The notes under the pieces are model-generated. The model saw only the letters and a program-made list of their open reading frames with translations. It did not search any database and was not told where the DNA came from. DNA of 64,000 nucleotides. It comes from Asterias rubens. Taxonomy: Eukaryota. The stretch is from the NCBI RefSeq assembly GCF_902459465.1, contig NC_047072.1, positions 372,001-436,000 of the forward strand. The letters run 5' to 3'. Position 1 is the stretch's first letter. The number at the start of each line of letters is the position of its first letter. Below are positions 21,201 through 41,292 of the stretch, piece after piece. Position numbers and translations under genes: made by a program.

Positions 21201-22163
21201 CCTGCGAGAAAGACTCTGCTAGTGTCGAAACTTCAAGCCATTTATTAACTATTTTTAGTTTTGTTTTAAGGGGCTCAAGTTGAAAGTCAACAACCACATG
21301 TCACATTTCATTTGATTTGATTTTGAGCAATTTTTCACTTTCTAGTTAAATTAGTGTCTGTATCCCTTTTCTTTGGTTATCAAACTTATTTCTTGCTCAC
21401 AACCCCCCCCCCCCAAAAAAAAAAAAGATAAGGCATATACACACATGTAAAGCTATTTGGGTCCATATTATTGCCACTGCCAGTGGGTCTCGGGGGGGGG
21501 GGGGTCTAGCGAGATGTTCTTGTCACTAAATACAATAATTTAAAATCCCAATGCCTATTAGTATCTATGATTTACTGTTCAAATGGACACATTGCCTTGG
21601 ACGCTTTGAGCTATAACAGTGTTTGACATCACACGAAATTTACAATGTACATGTATATGGTTGGCTCCAATCGACAGAAAATGTTGAGGAATATTTGTGA
21701 GAATCATAATAACCAGTGAAAAAATAAATCCCAACCATATTCTTTCATTACAAACAAGTGTTTATAGCTCAAAGTGCCCAACCCCAAAGTCCTTTGAGTT
21801 TTCACCCCAAAAAAACTTCCCTAAATCTCCTAATTCCACAAGAGGCAAACAGCCAACACCCCTCTCAAGACTGAAGTAGAAATCATTCCAAACAAAAATT
21901 CAGGACACCTAGACGAATTTCAAAATGACATGATGAAAAAGGATTTCCAATTGCCACAAAATTAAATAAATAGAAATTGGGCGACTGACCCTAAAATAAG
22001 AATACACAAGTAGAAATTTATTTTGTTTTTTAATAGTCTGTGATTTGCCTTTTTATTATTCATTTCTTCATGATAAAAAGAAGTTGTACTTCTTCAAGTA
22101 GTTATTATAACAGTTTATTTTATAAAGCAAGATTTTTCTTAGGCTTCGTACAAAATTAGAACA

Positions 22164-22386
22164 ATAGACCCTTCCCATGAAATATGTAAATTGCACATAG
22201 CGCGTGCGCACTAAAATTTTGGTTGGCAAAATGAGGGAACATCGCGCTGTTTTGTACACGGCTAATGGGTGCGTGACGCAGACGCGATTGCGTGTCTGCT
22301 TAGTGCACAACTCTATGGTGTTTGCTACCAACAGGGTCTGTACGCATGCGTGAATGTAATTAGCATATTTCATGGGAAAGGTCCAT
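22164..22386. mobile_element. TIR MITE inserted in gene 4 3' flank
   Basis: TAGACCCTTCCCATGAAATATGTAAATT ... AATTAGCATATTTCATGGGAAAGGTCCA; absent from the homologous gene 3 and ghost flanks. Confidence 0.75.
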
Positions 22387-22568
22387 TTCATAATCTCTCT
22401 TGAATGTATGAAAAAAAAACACGAGTTTGTGTTTTGTGTCTTTGGGTTAAAAAACTAAGTAAAAACAGGTGGTGGTTTATTTCAAGCGTTTTTACAATTG
22501 TTTTTCAAATGCAAGTAATGTTCAGTTTCTTTTGGTTTGAAGTTTGTAAAGTTCTATTTGGAATGTGT

Positions 22569-25747
<3,179 letters not shown>

Positions 25748-25871
25748 GTTTGCAGTTGATTTTGGTGTCTTTCAAAATGAAGAGTTTACAAAATTCACTG
25801 GAGTTTCTTGTTGCAGTCCTGGTGATGGCGGATTTCGCAAGAATATTGCCGTTGTGTTTCAAACATGCTGC

Positions 25872-25975
25872 TTTTATAGACCCAGGCACACCCTGGCAAC
25901 CCGCTGCAACAGCTCATGATTGGTCGAGCCATACCTAATACCTGGTAACCGCGCCTTGTTGATGGTGACGTAGGT
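25872..25975 (-). promoter_or_regulatory. Core promoter of gene 4 (TATA, CCAAT, TGACGT)
   Basis: Minus-strand TATAAAAG 25878-25871; CCAAT near 25919-25923; TGACGT at 25966. Confidence 0.6.
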
Positions 25976-26686
25976 AAACAGCCATCATCAACTCGCGAGA
26001 GGGCGCGCTTTCATTACTCAGAGCCGTATCTGTTATGTAGGGCTCAATAATAAACTCACTTAGCAACAGCACAGTGCCTGCAAGAAGCTAATAATAATAT
26101 TACAAAAAATACACAAACAATATTATCAGAAATCTCACAGCTTATTTCGGTAAATGGACATTTATTTACTGACTATTGAACCTTCTCTGCTCAACTTAAT
26201 ATCGGGATTCCCTGGGTCCGTCGAGTAATTCCCCTTCAAGCCAAAAACTTCTTTAATTTCTCCAAAAACGTCTGGGCATCTGTAATGTGCTGCACCAGTA
26301 AAACGGAACAATTATTTGATAGGGCCCAATGTCCGATCCAAAATACATCAAGTTGGAAGTCAACAACCCGTTGGTCTCAATTTTTTTCACTGGAACCCTT
26401 TTGAGGATGTGCTCTCAATATTTTGATAAAGTGTGGTCACTCTTTTATGTTTCTTGCTCTTGGCGCTGGCCTATGATGCTTTGGTGCAAGTCGCCTAATA
26501 TAATAATATACAACAACAAACAATGTTCTTGCTCAACTTTAAAAAGTACTCCACAAAATATATTATAATGTCCCTCAGTCTCTTGAAAATCTATTTAGAC
26601 CATGCCACTATAGCTTCAGATTCTGTTTAATGTTACATGAATCATACAAGCATCAAGTAGAAAATAATTGTTTATTATTTGACTCA

Positions 26687-26977
26687 GCCTTTTTATACTT
26701 CATTTCTTCATGGAGAAAATTAAGTTGTACATCTCCGAGCAGCAAAAGGGTTATTCAGCAATAATAATATTTAAGAACGAGTGTTATAATCTCTCTCGAA
26801 TGGTTCAAAGAAACACTTTGATTTTGGGGTTAAAAAATAACTGTTTGTAAAACTGGAATTTGTCGAGCCGCAGTTAATGAATACACACATCGTTTACAAA
26901 GGTACAGTCACTGACTGCGCGATGCCTCTGCGCAGAGGGTTAATACCTGGTTACCGAACCTTGTTGATGTTGACGTA
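26687..26977 (-). pseudogene. Ghost alpha-tubulin paralogue: gene-4-like promoter motif joined to gene-3/4-like 3' flank, with no CDS
   Basis: 26941-26977 matches 25936-25972 at 33/37 nt. 26687-26856 aligns with the 3' flanks of gene 4 (22047-22460) and gene 3 (18380-18595, reverse complement). Confidence 0.55.
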
Positions 26978-27685
26978 AATGCTGGGAGGGGGGTGGGGTT
27001 ACCAGGGACCATTTTTGAGATCTGAGGGGGCGCTCTCTATTGTTGCATCGCACTCTTTAAACTCCCAATGCTAATATTTTTTTTAATTTGATACACGAAA
27101 AGTATTTCAAAGTCTCCACCTCTTGAAAACCAATTTTATTTTTTATTTTCAGACCACTAAACTTCGATTTCTTCTTAAAGTTTTGCCAGGGTCCAGCCGG
27201 TTGGAATTTTTGCCAATTCCCCCGGAAAAAAACCCATTATCGCTATGAAAGGCAGTACACTCGTGTTTTCGAAAACTAGCAAAACACAATCTGCATTATA
27301 CATGTGTTACTGTCACAGTGTGACAGTGTACACGTAAGTTTACAATAATGTGCATTACTGTGTATCATTAGAGGCTTATACCCCACCATAAAAGTGTTTG
27401 TTTTGGTTCTACGTGTTTTGGCTCATGATCTCAGCGGTTGCAATGACGACGACTGACGTCATGACGTGTCACAACACTATTCCAAAACCTTTGTTTTTCT
27501 TAATATAAGGAACTTTTGTGCGGTAAACAAGTTTTAATAATTGTGACACCATGAATTTATGACTATTCTTCCGTCTCAAGACATAACGGGTACACTATTT
27601 AATACAAGTTGTTGTTGTGGATGATGCATCAACACTTAATTCTCCTCGTTCAAGTATAGTGCAGACGTCATGGTATAAAGGAGCC

Positions 27686-28090
27686 TTAAAGGAACACGTT
27701 GCCTTGGATCGGTCGAGTTGGTCTTTAAAAAGCATTTTGTAAACGTTTGTTAGAAAATGCATATGGGTAGATAAGAAAGATGTTGTAAATGTAGAATACA
27801 ATGATCCACATAAACATGCCTCTAAATTGCACGGTTTTCCTTTATTACCTCGTCGACTAACAAGGTCGGCCATTTTTTATGGAAGTCAAATTTTGAGTCC
27901 CATAAAATATTGCCAACCGTGTTAGTTCGCACAGTAAAAGGCAAACCACGCAATTTTGAGGCAAAATATTGTGTGGATCATTGTATTATACTTTAACAAC
28001 ATCTTTCTAATCATATGCATTTTATAAAAAACGGTTACAAACGCTTTTTATAGACCAACTCGACCGATCCAAGGCAACGTGTTCCTATAG
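27686..28090. mobile_element. Family B MITE (Kolobok-like), largely palindromic, about 400 bp
   Basis: TTAA-AGGAACACGTTGCCTTGGATCGGTCGAGTTGGTC ... GACCAACTCGACCGATCCAAGGCAACGTGTTCCT; internal arms are also inverted. Confidence 0.85.
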
Positions 28091-28334
28091 TTATTGTTAA
28101 TTGGTTACTTCTTTATTGTTATGGCTTTGTACTGATTGTTTTCACAGGAAATGGATGTGAGTTTGAATTTAATTGAATTGAATTATTTTGGATGCGAAAT
28201 CCCCTTTATGATTATCCTGTGAGAGGCTGTTAAACCCATTGGTATGTCCCCGATTCACATGTAAATAAGTAGGCCTACTAAACATCACGTTACCCCGCAA
28301 CCATGGATTTGGTCCTAGCCGTGAGTGCAGCGGG

Positions 28335-28680
28335 TGAACTCGGTCCAAGGTCAACTCGGTCATGCTAAACTCATTCCCAAGTCAAATCGACCAACTTATT
28401 CCCATCATCTCAAACCCAAGGCAGCTCGGGGGAACCCAGTACAAAGTCAACTCGGTCATGCTAAACGCGGTCCAAAGTCAACTCGACCCTACTGAATTAG
28501 GTAAAAAGTCAACTCGACCATACTGAATCTAGTACAAAGTCAACTCGACCATACTGAATCTAGTATACAAAGTCAACTCGACCATACTGAATTCGGTCCG
28601 AAGTCAACTCGACCATACTGAATTCAGCCGAAGTCAAATCGACCATTTCGTATCATCTCGATCCGAAGTCAGTTAGGGTG
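28335..28680. repeat. Minisatellite, about 30-33 bp unit (AAGTCAACTCGACCATACTGAAT...)
   Basis: About 10 degenerate units, with the most homogeneous in 28477-28625. Confidence 0.85.
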
Positions 28681-29262
28681 AACTAATGAGGTAATTAAAT
28701 TGGTCGCCCCTCAGTAAATAAATGGACTGACAATTAATCAAAACAATAATGTTAGCATAACATGTACCTGTTGGGACTGGTCCAGGCGAATAAAACAAAG
28801 TTTTGCCTTGAAGGTCCGGGGAGGTAGAAATAGTAAGTTCAGTTTCTCAACTTTATTTTAGAGGGAGATCACAGATAAACAATCTTCAAGTATGATTTTC
28901 TCTTTATTCTCTATAATATTGTTACCATCCTGTGTACAACCACCTTCAAATTAAAAATAAAATGTTAAAGAAACCACCAGCTTATTTGAGAAGAGGGGCT
29001 TAAAAATTGCATGTTTTGCATACCATAATATAAAAAATTAAAATTAGATCTCTTTTATTTGATGTAAGAAATAAAATTATTAAAAAATCTTTATTGCAGC
29101 TGTTTTTCTGAACAAAAAGGTTCGTGATGAAACATCTTCCTCTCTTTTATAGAAATAGTTTAGGACAAAATGATATCAGTTATTTCATCAACCCTCCAGT
29201 ATGTTTTAGAACACATCTTCATTCGTTAGTTAAGATCTCTATGTAATACATTAGTGGATAAC

Positions 29263-29633
29263 TTAAAGGCACTTAACACTATTGGTAATTACTCAAAATA
29301 TAATTGTTTGCATGAAAATCTACTTGGGAACGAGCAACGGAGAGCTGTTGATAATAATACAACACATTGTGAGAAACGGCTCCCTTTGAAATATTTTTTT
29401 TTTTTTTAGTGAGAGGTATTTTCAAATATTCAAATAATAATATAAAGACTTCAGGCCCAGTGAAGCCTCTGCATGCAATCTGGGCAATAAGGTCTTTCCT
29501 TTCCATTATTCTCTTGTACCTTCGATGACCAAATGAGTCCCAATTTTCACAGATGTGTTATTTTATACATAAATGAATTGGCATACACGAAAAGAGAATT
29601 GGTAACATTATTACCGAATAGTCCAGGGCCTAT
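29263..29633. mobile_element. Family A MITE, degenerate, in gene 5 3' flank
   Basis: TTAA-AGGCACTTAACACTATTGGTAATT start; eroded right end. Confidence 0.7.
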
Positions 29634-29789
29634 GGAACGCACAGTATTGTCAATATATAAAACAAAATGATTTGACAATTACTTATTCTCAGTCTTAATG
29701 TGAAGAATTGTTCTATCAAGTTAAGACACAGTAAACTAAATGTCTTAACAAAACTATGTTCAGTTTGTTTGGGGAGGGGTTTGGAATGT

Positions 29790-32519
<2,730 letters not shown>

Positions 32520-32521
32520 GT

Positions 32522-32700
32522 TGATAAGGTTGTTTCAGCAAGTAGACGAAAACAAAATTGTAGAGAAATGTTCAAATCGTTACTGCCTTGATGAAGCTTC
32601 ACGTTTGAAGTGGTTGTCTGACAAAGCAAACCTCTGACTTTATATTATTAAACCAGGAATGGTAGCCATGGTGAAAACCTAGACTGGTCGTTGTATAGGC
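32522..32700 (-). promoter_or_regulatory. 5'UTR and promoter of gene 5, homologous to gene 6 (38326-38490)
   Basis: Shared blocks such as gttgtttcagc, gacgaaaacaaaattgt, aatcgttactgccttgat, tgactttata (TATAAA on minus strand) and ccatggtgaaa. Confidence 0.65.
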
Positions 32701-33222
32701 ATGGTGATGACTAGTCTTCGTGCAAGACGTTTCTCGTTTTCCTTCCACGCACACCGCAGCCAATTCACCGACAGCGCCCGCACACCGACTCACCGCCCGT
32801 GAAAGGGAAACGAGAAACGTCTTGCACCAAGACTAGGTGATGACTACATCCACATCTATTCAACTACTTGTCAAAGCCTGTTCAGCCTCTACACAAGGGT
32901 ATCTAAACTCATTGAATGAACAACCAAGTCTTGACAAAGGAGTAAGCTCTGAGGCATGTCATACAGAAAGGACAAAATGGGCCTATCAACCATAACAGAG
33001 CACAACGGCAACCATGGAGCTGTCACAAACACTTTTGGAACAGCATGAAGCAATAGTTTTTCTACAGAAATCACGCATGGATAAGCACTAGCAAAAACCT
33101 CATGATACCAGCACAAAAAGTCATTCCACGTACATGTTTATACTCATAGTACATGTATACATAAATCAGGCGTTGATCGCCCGAGGCATTTTGATAGCAA
33201 CTATTAGGGGCACAAACTTCAC

Positions 33223-33446
33223 TTAAAGGAACATTTTGCCTTAGATTTGACTATTTTGGCAATACAGACTATTTTTGCTATCAGTTATGAATATAAGTAG
33301 GACTTGAAAGTTATGAGTATGGTTGGAAAGCTGTTTTAAAAGTATCAATGATCCAAACAAGATATGCCTCGAAAGTGTGTTTTTGTTGTGTTTCTTTTTT
33401 TAACTGCGTAACTTTCATGGTCCGCCATTTTGTAGAACCAAACTTT
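33223..33446. mobile_element. Family B-related left-end fragment
   Basis: TTAA-AGGAACATTTTGCCTTAG; internal similarity (tatggttggaaagct, gcctcgaaa, gccattttgta) to 46244 and 54594. Confidence 0.5.
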
Positions 33447-33617
33447 TGCCCTTTTCGAAACCACGGCTTCGACTCCGAATTCGGCTCAGTCTAGCTTGGC
33501 CCCGCGGTTGTTTTTGCAATATTGTGCGTACTTTGCGTATACGCATTCGGGGCTTCAGACGAGAGAACGGAGCCTGAAGCCGAATCCAAAGCCGAAGCCG
33601 TGGGTTCGAAAAGGGCC
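33447..33617. mobile_element. Family H MITE
   Basis: TIR GCCCTTTTCGAAACCACGGCTTCG / CGAAGCCGTGGGTTCGAAAAGGGC; sister copy at 41746. Confidence 0.78.
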
Positions 33618-34389
33618 TATGCCTCACAAAAAAGGCACTCCGTGTTCATTCACGAAGTAAAGGGAAAGCCACTAAGTGTCGCCCAACCCTATACTCATGT
33701 CGTGCATATTATTCGCATAGAAAGAAGTTCAACAACAATATCCAAGAACAGGGGCTGCCGAAAATTATAACATTTCATCGGATGAAATGTGTGCGCAGCA
33801 CTTGACTTATTTCTTCTGAATCGTTCGCTGTTTTTTTTCTTCTTCTTCATAACCCCCTCCCCACGCCCTTCTAACATGCGTCTAGCAACCGGCCGTATAA
33901 TTGGTTTATTAAAAAAACTGCTCATTGCAGCCTACTGGCTGAATTACACAACAGTATAAATATGACACTTTAAAGGGAGTATCGCATCTTCAAATCGATG
34001 CTGTACCGTCACAACTAATTAAAAAAGGCCGGCCCTTATTGACTGATAAAAATGTTTACAGCGCTTAGTCACCGGTGACACAAGATCACGTTCATGTTGC
34101 CTACATGTAATATGCACAGCCACATCTTTTTGGTGTCTCATGAACAACAGCTTAAAACCACAGATGTAGCAGTATCAGTTATATCAATGCTATACCCATA
34201 TTCGAATAACACAAGCAGAAAAGTTATATTTCGATTTTTGTCACATCCTCTCAAAACTGTTTTATTGCCAAACCAAAATTGTGGAGGATGCCGAAAATGG
34301 CTATCCATTATTCTTTGCATTCACACTTAAAAAAGGAGCTTGTATACCAAGCCCGTTTTATGTGTGAATAACTCAAGCAGACAAATTAA

Positions 34390-34394
<5 letters not shown>

Positions 34395-34474
<80 letters not shown>

Positions 34475-34488
34475 TATTGATTGATTAA
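34395..34488. repeat. (GATT)n microsatellite
   Basis: Direct reading. Confidence 0.95.
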
Positions 34489-34907
34489 TTGTCACAACCT
34501 CTGAAAACTGTTGTATTGCCCCAAACTAAATTGTGGAGGATGCCGAAAAATGGCTATCCATTGCTCTATGCATTCACACATAAAAAGAAGCTAATTTTTT
34601 TTCTGAAAGGATAGCAATTTTTTTCCAGTGAGTGGACTCTTTCTTCATGGGTGTCAAACTAACCGAGTCAAGCTCGGTTTTTGCAACCACATCTAGAATA
34701 GAACTCAAATTTACACCCGGCGAGCAGAACAGGAAACATCCACAGCTCTTCCTCGTACATACATCGTGTGGGTAGAAACAAACAGTTTGCACTGGTTCGC
34801 CATGTGTATAAAGCATTGTGATGGTTGATTTAATCACTCGCTGTGACAATGATGAAAACAAGTGCTTGAATTTGTTGAATACAAGTTCTGCAAAGAGTTA
34901 CTCAATA

Positions 34908-35294
34908 TTAAAGGCAGTGGACACTATTGGTAATTACTCAAAATAATTATTGGCATAAAACCTTTCTTGCATACGAGTAATGGGGAGAGGCTGATGGTAT
35001 AAAACATTGTGAGAAACGTCTCCCTCTGAAGTGCCATAGTTTTCGAGAAAGAAGTAATTTTCAACGAATTTGATTTCGAGACCTCAGATTTAGAACTTGA
35101 GGTCTCGAAATTAACCATCTAAACGCACACAATTTCGTGTAACAAGGGTGGTTTTTTCTTTCATTATTATCTCGCAAGTTCGGTGACCGATTGAGCTCAC
35201 ATTTTCACAGGTTTGTTATTTTATGCATATGTTGAGATACACCAACTACGAAGGCTAGTCTTTGCCAATTACCAATAGTGTCCACTGCCTTTAA
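34908..35294. mobile_element. Family A MITE, near consensus
   Basis: Perfect TIRs AGGCAGTGGACACTATTGGTAATT; TTAA TSD. Confidence 0.9.
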
Positions 35295-35382
35295 AATGTT
35301 GTTTGGTGTGTTTGTAACGAAATGTGTACCCATGATAGTGGCTTTGCACATTATGCTGTGCGCATTGTTGATTCTATTAACT

Positions 35383-35552
35383 TGTCGATTCTCTTTGCGC
35401 ATTATTGATTATGTTTGCGCATTGAAGGTTCCCTTTGCGCATTGATGGTTCCCTTTGCGCATTGATGGTTCCCTTTGCGCATTGATGGTTCTCTTTGCGT
35501 AATGTTGATTCTCTTTGCGCTTTGATGGTTCTCGTTGCGCATTGTTGATTTG
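35383..35552. repeat. 20-bp minisatellite (ATTGATGGTTCCCTTTGCGC)
   Basis: About 8 units. Confidence 0.9.
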
Positions 35553-36182
35553 CACAGGAGAAAAGGAAACAAGGTTCCAGCTGTCCTATCCTTGGAAACA
35601 GTGTTTTTAATTAGTGCCCATCTCGCTTCATTACAACATAATGGCCAATTATTTTGTCATCGCCTAATTAAAAGTTTCAAGAGTGTCTGGTATTGGATTC
35701 ATGACAATGGAGTTGGACTCAGACCATTATGACTATAACTACAGTCAACTCTCGTTTTAAAAGTCCTCATATAAAATGGCAAGAAAACATTTTGGCAGCG
35801 TTCGACAGTAAAGCATTTTGAGAAACTAATAACTTCGAAAATTTTGCAATCTTTTGGTTTCAAATGCAATTTTCTCGAACATGACTTCACTTCAGAGGGA
35901 AATATTGAACAGAAAAAAATATTGTATAAACCAGTAAACTTATTTCAGACTAACAGAATCATAATCAGTAAACTTTTTTCAGACTAACGTTAATTATGTA
36001 TTCACCCTTAATATCCAATCCTATATTATGATACCTTTGGATATAACAAAACAAAGCTACCTCTCCAATGACTCTTCAATATTCCGATTGCGTAAATTTG
36101 TTTTTTCATTGGGAAAATAACTTCTAGAAATGTATGTTTGTTTGGGTTGAGGTTTGCAATGTATGTATTGTTTGGAATGTAT

Positions 36183-38325
<2,143 letters not shown>

Positions 38326-38512
38326 GTTGATTAGGTTGTTTCAGCGATCCGACGAAAACAAAATTGTCGTGAAGAGTCAAAATCGTTACTGCCTTGATAA
38401 AGCCTCACGTTTGAAATGGTTTTCTGAACAAAATACGACCTGACTTTATAATCAAGGACGGTTTCCATGGTGAAATAATCGACTGGTAGTGCTGACAGAT
38501 GTAGCCAATCAC
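38326..38512 (-). promoter_or_regulatory. 5'UTR and promoter of gene 6
   Basis: TATAAAG on the minus strand near 38443-38450; X-box-like GTTTCCATGGTGAA at 38461; CCAAT near 38505. Confidence 0.6.
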
Positions 38513-38549
38513 AGCGCGGGGAATGAGTAGCCGGTATTTATAATGATTA

Positions 38550-38736
38550 GGACCAACTTTCGTAAAGCTGTTATGTAGACAATACTGGTTGACAAGTTTC
38601 ATTGCTTAGCAAAAAATTAGTAGGGCACCAGTCGCAACAATGTAAACTTTATGGAATGTTGGCTGGTAACCTTTTTTGCTCAGCAAGATTTTCCTTGGCT
38701 TCAGGTTTTTGTGCACAGGCTCTATGAAATTGGGCA
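38550..38736. mobile_element. Family E MITE (Harbinger-like GGCCCAATTTC termini), degenerate
   Basis: ggaccaactttcgt ... ctatgaaattgggca|CTG. Confidence 0.65.
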
Positions 38737-38739
38737 CTG

Positions 38740-38983
38740 GGCCCAATTTCATGACTCTGCTTACCCAAGACTCTGCTCACCCTAAGCAAAGAATCATCGC
38801 TGAAACAGGGAATTTCGTGCTTACGTCAAGCGTGTTTCACGGGTTAGCAGGGAATTTTGGCTTCATAGGCTCACTAGGCATTCTATGCTTACAAGGCTAG
38901 CGCAGAATTTCAGCGCTTGCCGCGGCGGATAATAGTGATCGTAAGCGCATACCTCAGCGGTAAGCCGAGTCATGAAATTGGGA
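38740..38983. mobile_element. Family E2 MITE, abutting the previous element via CTG
   Basis: CTG|GGCCCAATTTCATGACTCTGCTTACC ... GGTAAGCCGAGTCATGAAATTGGGA. Confidence 0.75.
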
Positions 38984-39012
38984 CAAGCCATAACAGAGCG
39001 CAACGGCAACCA

Positions 39013-39070
39013 TGGATCATTACAACGTCATGATAACAGACTGGATCATTACAACGTCATGATAACAGAC
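39013..39070. repeat. Perfect 29-bp tandem duplication
   Basis: TGGATCATTACAACGTCATGATAACAGAC x2. Confidence 0.9.
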
Positions 39071-39252
39071 TTGTTGGCAATTTCACCACTCTCCATGAGG
39101 TCGCTAATTAAACGTCTATTCAACATCCATCGGTCATGAAAATTGCCGTAAATATTTTTCATTTCGTATCGATCCTAGCTCATTACAACAAAAATATTGT
39201 CTGATGTAGTCATTATAGTTGTTTACGTGCAAAGCAAACATAGCTAGAGCAG

Positions 39253-39420
39253 CCGTCGATTTCACAAAGAGTTAGGACTTGTCTTATCTCGAGTTAGGAC
39301 GAGTTAACTCGTCCTAACTTAGGATTAATCTTAAGGTCTGCATGCTACAGTGCAGGGTTGGAACTCGTCCTAAGTCCTAAGATTAGTCTTAAGTTAGGAA
39401 GAGTTTTGTGAAATCGACAG
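39253..39420. mobile_element. Family D MITE (Harbinger-like, CWG flanks)
   Basis: CAG|CCGTCGATTTCACAAAGAGTTAGGAC ... GTGAAATCGACAG|CAG. Confidence 0.8.
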
Positions 39421-39460
39421 CAGGGCATCCATAAGCTATCTTGGATGCCAGTCCCGCCCC

Positions 39461-39849
39461 TTAAAGGCAGTGGATACTATTGGTAATTGTCAAAGACTAG
39501 CCTTCCGATTGGCGTATCTCAATATATGCATAAAACAACAAACCTGTGAAAATTTTAGCTCAATCGGTCATCGAACTTGCGAGATAATAGTGAAAGAAAA
39601 AAACACCATTGTCACACGAAGTTTTGTGCGTTTATATAGATGGTTGATTTCGAGACCTCAAATTCTAAATCTGAGGTCTCGAAATCAAATTCGTGGAAAA
39701 TTACTTCTTTCTCGAAAACTATGGCACTTCAGAGGGAGCTGTTTCTCACAATGTTTCATACCATCAACCTCTCCCCATTACTTGTCACCAAAAAGGTTTT
39801 ATGCTTATAATTATTTTGAGTAATTACCAATAGTGTCCACTGCCTTTAA
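39461..39849. mobile_element. Family A MITE
   Basis: TIRs and TTAA TSD. Confidence 0.9.
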
Positions 39850-39855
39850 AGACCT

Positions 39856-40185
39856 TGGTCCAATTTCATGTCTCTGCTAACTGCCGAATTCTGCGATAGC
39901 CTTGAGCAAGTTCGGTGACGACTAGACTTGACTAGACCGACTAGACTATAACAAGAAACCATAAAGCACAGGGAGATTGACTATATCGAACCATGCACTG
40001 GAAGACGGTCGACCATTGTTAATTCCAGAGCTACGTCACGGCCGGCTCTGGTCAAGTCCAGTCGCTCACCCGAACTTTCCTTGTTAGCGTAAAATTCCCC
40101 GCGAGCCCGTGGAATACGCTTGACGTAAGTTCATAACTCCTGCTTCCATAAGCGCTTATTCTTTGATTACGGTGAGCAGATCCAT
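39856..40185. mobile_element. Inverted, truncated family E2 copy interrupted by a TIR element (39908-40077)
   Basis: Reverse match to 38790-38975; the insert has imperfect 28-30 bp TIRs aagttcggtgacgactagacttgac / gtcaagtccagtcgctcacccgaactt. Confidence 0.6.
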
Positions 40186-40334
40186 GATAATCGGACAAGG
40201 GCGCCCGTAAACCACCCCAACCCCGCCCCTGTAAAGGCATGTTAAAGCATGACTCGAAATTAACACTCGACGGCAGGGCCAACGAGGCCAGTGATTTTAG
40301 CCTGCGGGCCAGTAAACTCGTGACCAAACTCACG

Positions 40335-40515
40335 ACTGCCTCTAGCTATCGGACAATCTCGGTCGTCGAAGACACTGCTCTAGAATTGCAAGGGTCACGG
40401 GTTCGAATCCCACCCGAGTAATATGCCTGTGATATTTGTTTTCACATGACTCGGGAAAGTACTGAGTATACAGTGCTAACACACATCGGTGTGGGTAAAA
40501 AAAAATGTTTTAATA
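40335..40515 (+). mobile_element. tRNA-derived SINE-like element
   Basis: B box GGTTCGAATCC near 40401 without a full cloverleaf; the tail gggaaagtactgagtatacagtgctaacacacatcggtgt recurs inverted at 47380-47712. Confidence 0.55.
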
Positions 40516-40523
40516 AACTCATG

Positions 40524-41003
40524 ACCGGTAACGGATGCAAATGTGTCCGCCATGTAATACTGTCCGCTCCGGACACTTTTGTATATGCAATCGTGTCAGG
40601 GGCTACGCAGAAACCGTCCGGCAGACATGTACATGACTGTACATACCTACGTAATGCAGCATGAATATTTACGAATCCAATTTATGATTGCAGCGAATAC
40701 CCAAAGGCCGAAAATTTCCCATGTCATTCATGACATGCACTTAGCTTGTAAAAAATGGCGAATGTGTTCCGTCGATCGAGCAAGGTCGTTTAATTTACTG
40801 CAAGGACGGTTTTGCACGGGGGCGGACACAACTGCATAATATGCAAATGTATCCGGGCGGACACAATTGCACAATGCAGCATGCAGCGTCCGGGCGGACA
40901 CGATTGTATATGCAAAACCGTCCGGCGGACACTACTGCATATGCAATAATGTCCGGATAGTATTGCGTAGAGGACATAATTGCATGCGACACCGGCGGAC
41001 AAG
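40524..41003. repeat. Degenerate 31-37 bp minisatellite (GGCGGACAC...GTCC)
   Basis: Units clear at 40819-41000; related motifs at 40524-40640. Confidence 0.7.
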
Positions 41004-41031
41004 TTAAAATTGGTCGTGTGTTGTTAACATT

Positions 41032-41227
41032 TGGTGCGTTCGTTTATCTTCCCTGGGTCGACCCGGTCTGCCCCGGTACGTTCGAATAGCTTTGACGGGG
41101 CTTACCCGAGTCAGCCCCCATGCCGTCACCACGAGAGGGCGAGTGTGGTCGTTCGATTAGCTCTTGTCAGGGGCGCACCCGAGTGAGCACTGCGGGGTCG
41201 ACCCAGGGAAGCTAAACGAACGCACCC
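41032..41227. mobile_element. Family G long MITE (internal deletion)
   Basis: Same TIRs as family G; internal match to 47442 and 54986. Confidence 0.8.
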
Positions 41228-41292
41228 ATTATAAGCTAACCCTTTCTCGATGAGCAGATTAAAATTCTCATGACACAGGGTTTGTTGTTACT

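Noticed and set aside
26170-26500. Coding-like composition on the minus strand
   Set aside because: All frames are interrupted by stops and I recognise no protein family. It may be a decayed TE, but this cannot be supported without a search.
28335-28680. CRISPR-like periodicity
   Set aside because: Units abut with no unique spacers, there are no cas genes, and the context is eukaryotic. It is a minisatellite.
40370-40425. tRNA gene (B box GGTTCGAATCC; also 43472 and 47739)
   Set aside because: No acceptor stem or full cloverleaf can be drawn; followed by SINE-type tails.
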